The position numbers and the translations under genes were made by a program. From assembly GCA_964016885.1 (NCBI GenBank), contig OZ024742.1, positions 332,816,001 to 332,880,000 on the forward strand: a DNA stretch of 64,000 nt, in the 5' to 3' direction. Below, in pieces: positions 1 to 14,431 of this stretch. The notes under the pieces are model-generated. The model had not been told where the DNA came from and ran no database searches. It worked only from the letters and a program-made list of their open reading frames with translations. Within the stretch, counting starts at the first letter, position 1, and every line of letters starts with the position of its first letter. Origin of the DNA: Eledone cirrhosa (taxonomy: Eukaryota).

Positions 1-3000
1 TCGAGTCCTCAATTAATATGAAATATACTAACAATTATTTATACACCATATATATCCAAACTTATTCGGCTGACCGTTAAATTTCAAATTCCTTATGTTA
101 GTTCAGAATAATGGATTAAACTAAGGGTATAATATTTCAGGCTATAAAAGTTTATAAATGTCTATATTAATATTAAAGTATACTAACAGATTTAATTTAT
201 AAAATCATATTTAAAGTATATTCAAACATGAGAAAGAAACTTAATATTTTCATCCACACGAAGGTAAACCATATTAAATTATATTATCTTATATTATGTT
301 CCCATACTAAAATAATTCTATTCTTTAAAGCTTTTAAAGCTATTCTTTAAAGCTTTAGATAAATGCTTCCCCATTCAACACAAATACCGGTCCATATTTA
401 ACAGACACACAATTAAGCTTTTTTATTCTACAACTATAAATATGGCCCAGAATATCGCAAAAATAAATAGTAGAATTCTAAATCATAATCAACAAACAAT
501 TAACGATAATAAATTTAATAACACTAGCAATATTAATACTAGGAATAGAATAACATTGATCTAAGCACAACCAATAGAACACTTCAAAGTACTAACAATG
601 TGAATGTCATTTGTCCAATTTATAGTAATAACAATAAATCGAAATGTAATTGTAGAAATAGATCAAATTGTCCTCTGCAAAATAATTGTCTGGATAGTAA
701 TCTGGTCTATAAATGCACCGTAAAAGCAAATAGCATCACATACAACTACATTGGTGCAACTTATCGACATTTAAATTAAGATTTGCGAATCATAAATACT
801 CTTTTTCGTACCCTAATAGGAAATCTTCGACTTCTTTATCACAACTTATATGGTCGTTAAAAGACAAAAGTTTAAAATACTCGATTTCTTGGTCGAAGCT
901 GTGTAATATTCGAATATACTCGAAACGTCAATATCATCTAACTGCAATCTCTGTACCATGGAGACCCTATTAATAATTACTAATTATGATAATTTAAATA
1001 ACAAAAAAAGTGAATTATTCTCAAATTGCCTTTATAAAGCTTCCTCTACATTCCAAGCCTCGCAAAATATATGGTAAAAACACTAAATAATTACGTTTTA
1101 ATTTTTGACGTCTTGTATCAGCTGAGTGCGTAAAATGTTATTTTAATCTCTTTTTTTTTTACTCATTTATGATATGATAATTGTTAGATTAAGGGTTCTA
1201 TATAAATATATTAACATATAGATTGTTAACACGATCTCTTGATGAATAGGCATATATTTTATTGTGTAGATACATCTAATTTGTTTGGGATTCTTGTATT
1301 TTCTTAAATATATAGATTATATGGTTGACAGTTGTAATGATACGTAAACAATTCATGCTTTTATGTATTTATTCTTTTGGAGTATATTAGTTTTAAGATT
1401 CAAGATGTTTGATTTATATATTCATATTTGTTTATATATATGTATGGTATATGCGTCGTACACGATGCAAGTCGACAAACCTTTTCCACTTAACTTGATG
1501 TTAAACTTCAATTATAACTTTACTAACAATGTTTTTATTATTTATTTATTATATGTATATGGATCACTAATATTGTCTTGAGTTCCGAACAGAATACTCT
1601 GTATGTGTTTGGACAAATGTGAATATCTGGTTTAATAACAGGCTTCTAGCTACATTTATATGTACTCTAGATACTTAAGGACATTCTAGTGTTATAATTC
1701 TTAAATATTTTCTAAATTATATAACGATTATTATTTTTTAATTTAATTAAATTCGGCTTACCTTCGAGTCGATGAAAATCTTAGGTTTTCTCTTTCTCAT
1801 GTTTGCAGACACTTTAAATATGATACTATACTACTATATAGATTCTTTAAAAAAATGTTCTTGTAGTTTAAATGATATAGCTTAAATATTTGGCACTTAT
1901 ATGATCGCAAACAATTTACTTATTTATTTTGAATCTGGTTCGTTTTCTTACGATTCATGAAATGTTTATAGTATATATGTATTACATGATCCTAAGATAC
2001 AATAATTGATCTAAAACTATAATTGTAACAATATTAACAGTAACTTATTTATTCTAGTCTATTATATTGTGTTATGTATAACTGACTAATATCGTCTTCA
2101 ACTTTAGGCAATATACTCTTTGTATATATTTGGACAAATGCATATATCAAATTTAATAATAACTGTTTAAAGTTGAATTATAAGGCCTTTAGATGCTTTA
2201 GGGCATTCTAATTGTTAATTTAAAATGTTTAAAGTTATAACTGTAATTATTTTCTAAATTATATAGTGAGAATTATTTTAGTATGGGAAAATAATAGAAG
2301 ATAATATCATTTAATATGGTTTACCTTCGTGTGGATGAAAATACTAAGTTTCTTTCTCATGTTTGAAAATACTTTAAATATGATTTTATAAATTAAATAT
2401 GTTAGTATACTTTAATATTAATATAGACATTTATAAACTTTTATAGCCTGAAATATTATACCCTTATTTTAATCCATTATTCTGAACTAACGTAAGGAAT
2501 TTGAAATTTAACGGTCAGCGAATAAGTTTGGATATATATGGTGTATAAATAATTGTTAGTATATTTCATATTAATTGAGGACTCGAAATTAAACCGAGGT
2601 ATATTTAATATTTAGATAGATGGATACTTCTAGATCATTCGAGTTTACTCTTTCACAAAGCTATGCCCAAATGTATATTTATTTATGCTTTATGCTATAA
2701 AAATTATTCCTCTTTTGTCTCTCTATCATTGATCAATTCTCTTTTGCTTTCTATATTACTAGTAACTATATGTTTTCCTCATCTGTTTCTCCCTGTCTTT
2801 CTTCTTTCTTCTTTCTTCAATAGTTTAAATTATTTGAATCTCTAACAGTTATGTAAATCGCTATTATTTATTTTTAAGCTTTCTCACACGCACCCTCTGT
2901 ATTATATGTACATTTTTTCATGTCTCAATCTTAAGGTATATAAATATTGAGTCTTGTGATATCATATTTACTACCATGACTGAATCTTAACCATCTACTA

Positions 3001-3235
3001 TGTCAGGGTATGCCCTGCATCATCTTATTTTATCTGATGAGAGCGTACTGTTGAATATAGCTCAGTACCTCTGAAATGTCTATAACAAAATATACTTGAT
3101 CACACGAATGTCGATTTTTGTTAATATTTTGAATTAATATTAATAACTCCGGAAAACCGTGTTTGTTGATTGCTTCCAATACATTGTAAAACTAATTCTT
3201 TGATTTATTCATTGAACCTTGTTTAACCTTTAAAT
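1..3235 (+). mobile_element. Degenerate Penelope-like element (Hydra-like GIY-YIG type); its inverted arm runs off the left edge of the window
   Basis: Frameshifted translation ~350-1075 gives LDKCFPIQHKYRSIFNRHTIKL and CNCRNRSNCPLQNNCLDSNLVYKCTVK..YNYIGAT, then RFANHK..SLSQLIWSLK..CNLCTME. Bases 1-~295 are the reverse complement of ~2290-2586. The 3' region holds a hammerhead and ends in (TA)n. Confidence 0.85.
3026..3092 (+). ncRNA. Type I hammerhead ribozyme motif (slightly degenerate)
   Basis: tattttat-CTGATGA-gagcgtactg..cagtacctct-GAAA-tgtcta-TA-acaaaata; homologous to the cleaner copy at 46782. Confidence 0.7.
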
Positions 3236-3902
3236 ATATATATATGTATATATGTATGTGTGTGTGTTTTTGTATGTGTGTATGTGTGTGTGTGTGTGTG
3301 CGTGCGCGTGCGTGTGTGTCTGTGTATTTCTGCATGTGTGTTACTTCTGTCTATGCATTTATTTCATTTAACTTAGTTGTTCGACTAAATAAGCTTGATA
3401 ACATAGCCAACAGATGAGAATAAATAAGTAATGTTTTCGATATGCGTTGTTGAGGTACACCAGCTTGGCCGCCGTTCGATATGAAAAAAAAGTAAAAGAA
3501 TGGATGAATGTAAAATAACGAAATAAAAATTCCGGAACCATTCAAAAAACTTTTTAAAAAGCTTAAATCATTGTTTCAACTTCCATTGTGTAATTAACAC
3601 GCTCTTCAATACATGGATTGTATGCATTTACAACCAGACATAATTTTGAAATATTACAAATATAGTTTTTATACAGTCATAAACATTTCCTCGGTTGAAA
3701 TTCGTAAAGCAATTTAGTTTAACAGAGTAATAATTGTTCATAACATTTGATTTTAGACAAGTACATATTTTATAGCTTTTTAGAAATTGTAGTATGATGA
3801 AGTTAAACACATGGGAATTGAGTTTAGCACTCAGTTCCTAATGAGTTCAACATGTTAAAACTTAGATATAGAGATACTGAAATTCCTATTTATTTCTGAG
3901 CG

Positions 3903-4341
<439 letters not shown>

Positions 4342-4439
4342 ATTAGATGTAATGTTAACAAACTCCTGACAAAATATATTTTATTTGCCAGTTACAATTT
4401 GATACCGATTATATTTTCTTGGTCTGAAGTAAGAAGCGG

Positions 4440-4860
4440 AGTTCCATTGCTTTCCCACGTCCTCTGAGACTGAAGAAGTGGATGCTGCTGAAATTCTATT
4501 GAAAATGTTGCAAGTCGATACCGGTAAGAATAACATGATCTGAAAGAGAATTCCACAACGTTGCCGTACTCGGCAGGAAAGATAGTGGGTTTGGGTTAGT
4601 GCAGAGTCTGGATATTTAAACGCGATACAGAGCAGCTAAGAAAAGGACACTACCTGAGGGAAGGTGGCATGAATGCAACGAATTGCAAACAGCAATGACC
4701 AAATTGTAGTAGCGTTTGAAAAAGCGTAAATACGAAACATAGCAGCCGTAATTCTGAGCGTAGAGCATCGCCATGAGAGAAAATATGACAATAGACAGCC
4801 TGACATTTCGATGCGATCTAAGATGTGGGAACATTTGTCAATATCGTTCCTACAAGGATT
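4440..4860 (-). mobile_element. CR1/L2-like LINE 3' fragment, degenerate
   Basis: Minus-strand translation includes HILDRIE and SFLPSTATLWNSL, resembling the RT C-terminus of CR1/L2-group LINEs. Confidence 0.55.
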
Positions 4861-4866
4861 GTCCAT

Positions 4867-5050
<184 letters not shown>

Positions 5051-5221
5051 TATTAAAATAACAGATTAAAGTTTAAGCAAAGAAATGGTGCTTTCACCCT
5101 TAACGGGATCTTCTGAAACAAAAAAAGTCAATCTGTGAACGCAGAAGTAAACATTTCAAAAAACGTTGCATATATATATCTATATATATCTCACTCACTC
5201 TCTCATTCTCCCTCTGTTTCG

Positions 5222-5351
<130 letters not shown>

Positions 5352-5678
5352 GTGTGTGTGTCCGCATGTGTATGGGCGTGTGTGTATTTTTTATTTGCCA
5401 TTTTACTGTTCGTCGAACAGTTTTGTCTACTTGTCTATTCTTTGTGTTTTGTAGTTCTGTTAGACTCTTTTTGTAACCGACTCATGTTTTGCTTAGTTTC
5501 TAATTTGGCAGTAGCGATATGGTAGAAATTCGTGTCACCGAGTTGATCAACAACAACAAAAAAAGCACCAGTATTAACAACGGCAACCACAACAAAACAG
5601 CAGAAGAAACCTCAACGGCAACGACAACAACGACGAAGCATATAACTATGAGAGCAGCAACAACAAAGAAAATAACAA

Positions 5679-5711
5679 CTAGAAACTCACGTTCGTAGCA
5701 AGGGCTGCGAA
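5679..5711 (-). mobile_element. Helitron-like 3' terminus
   Basis: Minus strand reads TTCGCAGC-cctt-GCTACGAA (hairpin), a 9-nt spacer, then CTAG|T. Confidence 0.5.
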
Positions 5712-6427
5712 AAATCTGTAATTATTCCATATAGTGGATAAAACATAGTCCACCCCCAGCTGAGTTATTGACAGCAACATAAAAAGCACACTTAATTAGG
5801 GGTGTATCGGCATCACGTGCAAAAAGCCGGGGCTGGCGCCACAATCCCTCGTCTAAACACCTCTGAAAGACTTCATGCCAGAAATGCAACATGTTACAAA
5901 GCCGATCAGTTTGGTAGTATATCAGTTCTCTTCAAATGTGAGAACCTCGCAAAGAAATACTTTGTGTTCCCTTGTAAAAAGGACAAATACATAATGGAGG
6001 CGATTTTTGGACCCAGCTCATTTGTAGTTCCTGAAACACAAATGATATTGCGAATCTCACTAGGGGCCACAAGAAGAGTAAGGAGTACTTCCTCCACGAT
6101 ATGTGAACTCCTAATATAACATCCACGAGTAGGCTATAATCACGTGTAGGACGGACCCGGCTTTCAACTGAGTCCATCATGAATATCGCTGCCACTTCTT
6201 TCTTTTGGTAAGGACGGTAGGCAGTTATCTGTCTGTTTGCTGTAACGAAAGTGGTTATGTGGTGGGTTCGAGTAAAAGGACTGAGGACAGTTACTTTCCT
6301 CTTCTGCCAATTCCTCACCAACTTTTTCAAGTTCCACTTGGAAATTAATATGGGCTTTTACAGAGGGTGCAGCACTACGCCTACATATATGAAAAGCTGG
6401 GTGTATTGGTGAGAATTGATGGGCCTG

Positions 6428-6480
6428 AAGTTTCAGAAGATCCAGTTAAGGGTGAAAGCAGCGATTCTTTGCTTAAACTT
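6428..6480 (+). ncRNA. Type I hammerhead variant with a U4A core (inverted copy at 5069-5119)
   Basis: aagttt-CAGAAGA-tcc agttaa gggt-GAAA-gca..tgc-TT-aaactt; stems I and III pair; CAGAAGA occurs in both copies. Confidence 0.65.
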
Positions 6481-6587
6481 TAGTCTGTTATTTTAATAAA
6501 TATTTTCTCTTCGGTTCTTATATATCTGATATATATTTATCCTTATCGAGCCCTCCTTGGTTTTAGTCTTCAAATTTATTACTATTG

Positions 6588-6669
<82 letters not shown>

Positions 6670-6880
6670 TTATTTATATATATATGTTCTTTAGTACTTT
6701 TACAGGATTATGTTACTACACAATGACCATTCTGGAGCAGCGCCTTAATTTACTCAGTCATATCGACCTAAGCACATATTTCCTATGTCTTGGTCTTTCC
6801 TTTTTCATAGAACAATAATTTACGCAAAATAAGCACACGCACACGCATACATACCCCCCCCCCCCACATACACACACTAA

Positions 6881-6935
<55 letters not shown>

Positions 6936-7204
6936 CCTCAGCATTCTCGTGTAGCACCCATCCACCATCTGAGTGAGTTTCTTGGTCAGTGTCCAAGTCT
7001 CAGACCCATACAGCAGCACAGACTCCGTGCTCCTTTGGGAGCCCCTACATGGACAGACTAGAAGAGGAAGACCAAGGTTAACATATGTTGATACCCTAAG
7101 GACAGACACTGGTCTGTTGGAGATGCAGGATATGGCAGCGATAATGAGGGACAGAGACCGCTGGAGAGAACTCGTCCATGGATCTCGGGAATTTTACCCG
7201 CCTT

Positions 7205-7205
<1 letters not shown>
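6936..7205 (+). mobile_element. RTE-clade LINE 3' fragment with an inverted 5' part, inserted in (TA)n
   Basis: Minus 6936-7027 encodes ESVLLYGSETWTLTKKLTQMVDGCYTRMLR; plus 7027-7205 encodes VLLWEPLHGQTRRGRPRLTYVDTL..MRDRDRWR. Confidence 0.85.
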
Positions 7206-7265
<60 letters not shown>

Positions 7266-7689
7266 ATAGATGAGTATGTATATGTATTGCATATATTGTA
7301 GATGTGTATGTATGAAATATCAACTTGTGTCGATATGACAGAGTACATCAAAGCGCTGCCCCAGTATGGTCGCTTAAACATGTAAAAGTACTAAAGAACA
7401 CAAATAAATGAATGCATTATTAAATAAACAAACAAACTAAAATTGTAAACATAATCAAGAAGAAACAAATTGAAAAAGAAAATGAAGATTAAATGAATAA
7501 ACCAACAAATAAATGAACAGAAAAATAAATGAAAACCAAAATAGGACATGTGAGGTAAAGACAGGATGAACAGTATTTCATTAAAACGTCTTCTAGTTGA
7601 AGAGATTCTTTATTCAACATAACTTCCGTATCTCATGTATTTATTCAAGTATTTCTTTTAGCTATTGTTATCAAATATATACATACACA

Positions 7690-7799
<110 letters not shown>

Positions 7800-7994
7800 T
7801 GTATGTATATATATATGATAATCTTGACAGGTTTCTGGTGAGGTAATTGTAAGGGGGGGGGGAGACATAAAGAGAAAATAGTCGATCCATCTTGTTTTGT
7901 TCAGTCATATATCTTAGATAGCAATTGTATTGTGTTATCGTATTACACACACGCACACACACGTGCATTCACACGCACACAGACACAGACACAG

Positions 7995-8028
<34 letters not shown>

Positions 8029-8599
8029 TCCCAAATAGAATGTAAGACATGGTAGTCACAATTCCGAATCAACGTGATGCTTTTCTAACATCGGAACGCT
8101 GCGGGTTAAAACTTTTCGAAAGTTTATCTAGTGCTACGTTATCCATTTTGATACCCCTTTAAAAAAATATTACCGCATGATGTTATTTATATATGTATGT
8201 ATTTGTCTTGCAAGTCTCTTCGTGTGATTAAGTGCGCTGCAACAGATGTTGTTATACTTGGAGATGGTCATGTTGCAAATATTGCCAAGAAAAACACGTA
8301 ATATTTCATTTTCACTTCAACTCTGTTATTTGTTATTAGTCACATAACTGTAACCTCCTCAATGAATATTTGCTTTCCTTTGTGCCAAGTCTTCTTCCTG
8401 CCTTTATTCTGTTCACTCTCGACAAGATGAAGTAAAAATAACAGTAGATAGCATAAGCGGTACGTAGGGAAATAAATAGGCTTTGATGAGTTTGCAGAAC
8501 ATGTGACTATAGAACATTGACGAAATATTTGATAACTGATAATAAAACAAACACTATTTAACTTTCAGTTTTGTACCAACATTTAACAATACCTATACA

Positions 8600-8678
<79 letters not shown>

Positions 8679-8776
8679 AATCTGCGTTTTTTGAATATTA
8701 ATAATAACATTCGAATCGTTTACAATTATGCAAACAAGCTTCAATTGTATAGCCATGTCTGTAGACAGTTTGGCAG

Positions 8777-8842
8777 GTGAACAGTGAGATGTACTGATGA
8801 AGGGTGATATCCAGAAACATTAGTGTCTGCAGTTCTGTTCAC
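8777..8842 (+). ncRNA. Canonical type I hammerhead ribozyme
   Basis: gtgaacag..tgta-CTGATGA-agggtgatatcca-GAAA-ca ttag tg-TC-tgcagttctgttcac, with a long stem I. Confidence 0.9.
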
Positions 8843-9134
8843 ATGCCAACACAAGAGCATTCTACTGACATAGCTATAAAATTGAGGCTTGTTTGCATAA
8901 TTGCAAACGAATCGAATGTTATTATTAATATTCGAAAAACTCAGATTACATTTATTGTATTCAGCCATGTAGAGCGAACATTTTCTTTTTTATTTGAATT
9001 TGGCAAAGCCGGCCATTTATCGTTCGTATACAGGAAACTGACTGGCCAGTCTGCTAATATGTAAATCAGGCCGATCAGTCACTGTGTATTTTTGAAAATA
9101 ACATATATTTTCACTAGCTCTCACAGTTTGGCAG

Positions 9135-9200
9135 ATGAACAGTGAGCTGTACTGATGAAGGATGATACCCAGAAACATTAGTGTCTGCAGTTCTGTTCAC
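9135..9200 (+). ncRNA. Canonical type I hammerhead ribozyme (second copy)
   Basis: Same fold as 8777-8842. Confidence 0.88.
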
Positions 9201-9445
9201 ATGCCAACACAAGATCAAGAATGAAAAGTTCATTCTACTGACATGGCTATAAAATTGAGGCTTGTTTACATAATTGCAAACGAATCGAATTGTATTATTA
9301 ATATTCGAAAAACTCAGATTACATTTATTGTATTCAGCCATGTAAAGCGAACATTTTCTTTTATATATATATATATACAAGTTTATCCCGGGTTCAATCG
9401 GGAGTAACACACACACGCATATATATGTATGTATATATATACATA

Positions 9446-9499
<54 letters not shown>

Positions 9500-9957
9500 T
9501 GCCCCAGCATGGCCACACCCGGATGGCTGGAACAGGTAAAGGAGTATATATATATATATATATAGTAATGCTCCTCTCTGCGCTCTCCATCATATATGAC
9601 TGACTAGTTGGCATTCCTGGTAGCGCCAGTCCTGAATGCTGCAATCGCATGATCAAATAAAACTGATGTTATGAATATCAATTTGCAAAATAGCAACTAA
9701 AACAATCAGAAAAAACCCCAACTAAATATCTTTGAAAATGTGTACGGAAGGTATATATTTCACATAGCCAAGTCCACATAACATTTCAAGATGTAGACTT
9801 CGTTTTGACAGCCGCTAGAGAATACTACAACTCCGAAACTGCGTTTCTTTTTTAAGCGCACATGCAGCTTACAAAATAGCTTTTCTCGAAATATATATAT
9901 GATGGCGTGAAATAGAATGGATATCGGTCTGTATCAGCGATGAATTTTTCGATTTTT

Positions 9958-10245
9958 TGGTCAACGGAACTGCATGCTCGGGAAATTAACGTGCAAGTGG
10001 CTGAGCATTCTACGTGTGATCTTAAGGTAATTCGCTATGAGATTTAGTGCCACATATTGTGACAAGGCTGGTCACTTTCGTTACAGGTAAAAAACATGTA
10101 GATAGTTCCTGTCTACACAATCTCACTCTCAGATCGATCCCATGCTATGGTAAATCAGACTCGCACAAAATGTCACGCAGTGGGGTCAAAACCAGAACCT
10201 AATCATTGTGTGGCAAATTCCTTTCGCACTTGCTACGTCCACACA
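9958..10245 (-). mobile_element. Degenerate tRNA-derived SINE
   Basis: Shares its body (tgctcagccacttgcacgttaattt) with the plus-strand copy at 13152; remnant pol III boxes. Confidence 0.6.
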
Positions 10246-11162
10246 TACATACATACACTATTAAAACACACTCGAAGAACCACACACTAGAAACACACAC
10301 AAACACGCAAACACATACACACACAAAGGCATGCACGTTAACAGAAAGGAATCCATACATTTAGATGTATGTAAGCAAAATCATATACATACACATTTAC
10401 AAACGAAAACATATGTACGATCACTAACATACAATAAATGAAATATATAAAACGCTGTCTATACTCAACAGTAGAATAAAATATATTGATCTGCAACAAA
10501 CTTGTATATAACCTTAACATCTTTTTACAATCTCTCACTCTCTTATTGTCTCTCTTTCTTACCCTATTTTTCTCTGATTTAAAAACTACATCAACCCTGA
10601 TTTTCATAAATGAATTCGAATTTAATTTTCAGTGAAGTAATTCTGTCGAGGTTCAGAAGAGATTCAGTATAGAGAGTTCTTGTTGAGGATGACTAAGCCT
10701 TATCTCATATAAGTATGTGATACGGCTTATTCACCATCAACATGAAGTGTGATATGGTCTATAGATCCAACAATGTAATCCATAGATTTTTAGATCCAGT
10801 TATGCTGAAAACCAAACTGCACATACTTACATGCATTGATAAACTGCATATGGCTCAGTATGGCTATCTGACCGTGTTGTACTTCTCGTTTCTCCAGTTT
10901 TTTAGAAAATGATCTAATATTTTTTTTTTGTTTACACCACATCAAACACGTTCGTACAAAGACAAGTTTAAGGTATTCTACTCATGTCAATCCCAAATAT
11001 TTAGGGCTTTGTCTATAATTGCCTTATATAATCGAAACTTTAATTTATTCACTTTATGCATGACGGTAGGGTGTGGCTGTAAGAGAGCTATATATGCTAT
11101 TAAGAGCAAGTCGAACGACTACGTTGAAGATTCCACTTTGACTCATATATATATATACATAT

Positions 11163-11351
11163 ATAACGAAGGAAATGTGGTAAGGAACCAGGTGGACCAT
11201 AACGCACCAAAGTACTCAATACTTAGGGTAGTAGAGTGGGTAATAGGAACAAGTAAGACCCCGACGGCTGAGCTCAAGCCGTTTCGACAGCTAATTCTGG
11301 AATTAGCCGTCGAAACTGCTTGAGCTCAGCCGTCGGTGTCTTATTTGTTCC

Positions 11352-11353
<2 letters not shown>
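11163..11353 (-). mobile_element. Fold-back element, family B (copy 1), in (TA)n
   Basis: Begins ataacgaaggaaatgtgg, arms ~55 bp, ends ttccta; termini match copies at 27846, 42116 and 42921. Confidence 0.9.
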
Positions 11354-11392
<39 letters not shown>

Positions 11393-12019
11393 GTGTGCGT
11401 GTGTGTGCGTGCGTGTGTGTGAGGGGATAAAATCGTATTAATTAAAAGACTAGTAAAACCATTGTTCACATTAGTTCACTATATTTAATGTAGCATACAC
11501 AATTTATTTCATACTTATAAACTCTATGGTCAGGCCTGGCCAGTTTCGATTGTTTGCTATCGAAACGGCTTAAGAGTGAAAGCGTGAGCATATCTCTCTT
11601 TCCCCCCCCCCCCCCGTCAAACTTGGGCGAAATTCTTTCCTTGCTCACATTTCTACCAGGTTCGATGGTCTTTCGTCTCTTGTTCACGATTTCACAGAGT
11701 TTATATTCATAGAGATCTGGGACTTGTCTATTTCTACTCACTTTCCGTTGCTTAAACCCTTTTGTTGTTACTCTAGCGTCCCCCTTTATTTACGTGTCCC
11801 AACGACTTTTTTTAGCCGTTGTTCGCACCAACCTGAGGCATATGGCCCTTAAAGCGATGAAATGCCGAGGACGGTTGGAGGGTCACTGATGAAGGACTCA
11901 CTTTTTCATATGTATCCCATTTGCAACGCCGCAGCTCCATTATTATCATCATATTTACATATATATATATATATATATATACAGAGAGAGAGAGAGGGAG
12001 AGAGAGGGAGAGAGAGAGA

Positions 12020-12069
<50 letters not shown>

Positions 12070-12671
12070 CAGAGAGAGAGAGAGTGAGAGAGAGAGAGCA
12101 AGTGAAAAAGAGGGAGGTAGATACTCAACCGAGTCAAACAATTGTAGCAACCACTCTTCTACTTAGCCGTGCACTTTGGGTAGAATATTTTTTCTTCGGC
12201 CATACCATTGATGTTTATCATTAGCATTGTTAAATTCTTTATTTTTTTCATATGCCGATCACTTCTGTGTTTCGTAAACAGAAAGCAACGTGTAGCTGCT
12301 TGCGGAGGTTATGTTTAAAGATCAAATTCAGTGTAACAGGTATTTTGTGTACAAATCTTTATCAATACTTAGTATTGGATTTACCTAAGCTCTATGCTGC
12401 TTTTGTAGATTGTAATAACTCCTAGTTTGAGATATGTCGATCTTGATCGAATTTTTATCAAACATTATTACCTCTAAAAGACCCTATTTTAGTTATATTT
12501 AGCAAGAAGGACGATTTCTTGTTGCATTTCCCCTAGCCATATGTTAGTTTTCTTGCCTTAATTTGCATAATGAACTCTATATGGTCGTTTTTTTTTACCG
12601 TCCTTTACTATGAAGTGGCCCAGTCGTAAGAAAGTCAGCTATAATGGGTTGCGTTATTTGTTCCTGGACAA

Positions 12672-12855
12672 GGGCGGTGGATTGGCAGTATCGGTAGAGG
12701 GTCGGACGCCATGCTTTCCAGCATGGTTACGTCCCTTTACGATCTGAGTTCAAATCCCGCCGAGGTTGACTTTGCCTTTCATCCTTACGGGGTCGATAAA
12801 ATAAAGTACCAGTAATGCACTGGGTAATTGCTGGCCTTGTGCCTAAAGTAGAAAC
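12672..12855 (+). mobile_element. tRNA-derived SINE with a Nin/Deu-like central domain
   Basis: A box tggcagtatcggt, B box gagttcaaatcc, core gactttgcctttcatcc..gggtcgataaaataaagtaccag; several further copies in the window. Confidence 0.85.
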
Positions 12856-12959
12856 AGTTATTTGTTCCTGGACTCTGTGCTATGAACTAAAATCCCGCCA
12901 TGGTCTAATTAGCATTTCAAAAATTCAAGGTCGATAAACGATATTCGAAATTTTATGTT

Positions 12960-13004
<45 letters not shown>

Positions 13005-13151
13005 TACTCTTTCTTTAGAAGAAATCGACTGTTTCGACTGTGTTACGACCTGAAGGAGGACACCAGATATAAATTTCACCGCAGCGCCACTTATAACTCC
13101 ATGGATAGAAGTTTACCACAGATTTTATTTATAATAGCGTTGTAAATATGT

Positions 13152-13370
13152 GAAGACACGTGGCTTAGTGGTTGAATGTTCAATGCACGATTGTAATCTC
13201 GTGCGTTGGATCCCTGGAGGTGTACAGTGTCCTTGTGCCAGATAATTTGCACTTTTAATTGAAAGAGGCAGATTTGTCACACACTGTGTTGTGTTAAATC
13301 TGACTGAGAAGTACTTTAAGGATAAACGTGTCTATGGAATGCTCAGACACGTGGACTTCAATGTTTTGTG
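13152..13370 (+). mobile_element. Degenerate tRNA-derived SINE
   Basis: A box tggcttagtgg; body matches the 9958 copy. Confidence 0.6.
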
Positions 13371-13662
13371 TCATGATATGATGATATAAGCCACGGGTCT
13401 TTATAAATATGTGTTGTGTTTTTGCGAAGCATTAAAGAATATATATTGGAATCCGCCCTCCTTTTTACATAGTAGTATTTGACCCCGTTCCTGACCAATC
13501 ACAGGATACCAAATATATAATGGATGCTATGCACAATGTTGAGTGCTTTTTGCTTTTGTTTTTTTGCATTACGATCAAATGGGAATGACAAGTTCTACCC
13601 ATTAAATTAACCATTCATCATAAACGGAGTATCACACGCCCAACAACACGCACACACACACA

Positions 13663-13762
<100 letters not shown>

Positions 13763-13883
13763 TATATATATATTTATATATATATGAGAGATAGAGAGAT
13801 ATAGAGATATAGAGAGAGACATAGATATAAATATGTCTGTATGTATGCGTGTATAGATACATAATTAAATATATATATGTGTG

Positions 13884-13923
<40 letters not shown>

Positions 13924-14338
13924 TATATAGTATATATTTGCGTATCTGTATATATATATTTGTGTATTAGTATGTGTATATTTATAATTAAGTATATCCA
14001 ATTAATTAGTAAGTATAATATATTGTAGATTGTTAAGAATAATTGTGTACGTCATTCCTGTTCGACAATTTACTATTGTATTTACCAAACGAGGCTTGAG
14101 CTTATTCGTTTCAAATTCCATTGAAATCCTCTCTGCATGAACTCACTGCAAAGACAGCATTGTGTCAAGGAGAATTTTACATTCTTCTCTACATTTCCTG
14201 TCTATACCATACATCCTCTATGTATATATCACATATTGTTTCTTCTGACGCTCTTTAAATTTAATTCTAACATATTCAATTTCCTTGCACATTCTCTATC
14301 TGGTTGTCTTTATTTCTCCCCCTCCTTTACTGACTTTC

Positions 14339-14431
<93 letters not shown>

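Larger units (their letters stand above)
8677..9362 (+). mobile_element. Non-coding hammerhead repeat: a fold-back copy (8677-8990) and a direct copy (9123-9362)
   Basis: 8677-8766 is inverted relative to 8861-8950; 8766-8990 is repeated at 9123-9362. Confidence 0.8.

Noticed and set aside
10728-10800. Possible minus-strand first exon MDYIVGSIDHITLHVD
   Set aside because: Too short, and no convincing downstream exons found
11829-11895. Hammerhead-like words (ctgagg..gaaa, ctgatgaag)
   Set aside because: Core and stems cannot be assembled into a consistent fold
12672-12855. tRNA gene
   Set aside because: A and B boxes belong to a multicopy SINE; no full cloverleaf
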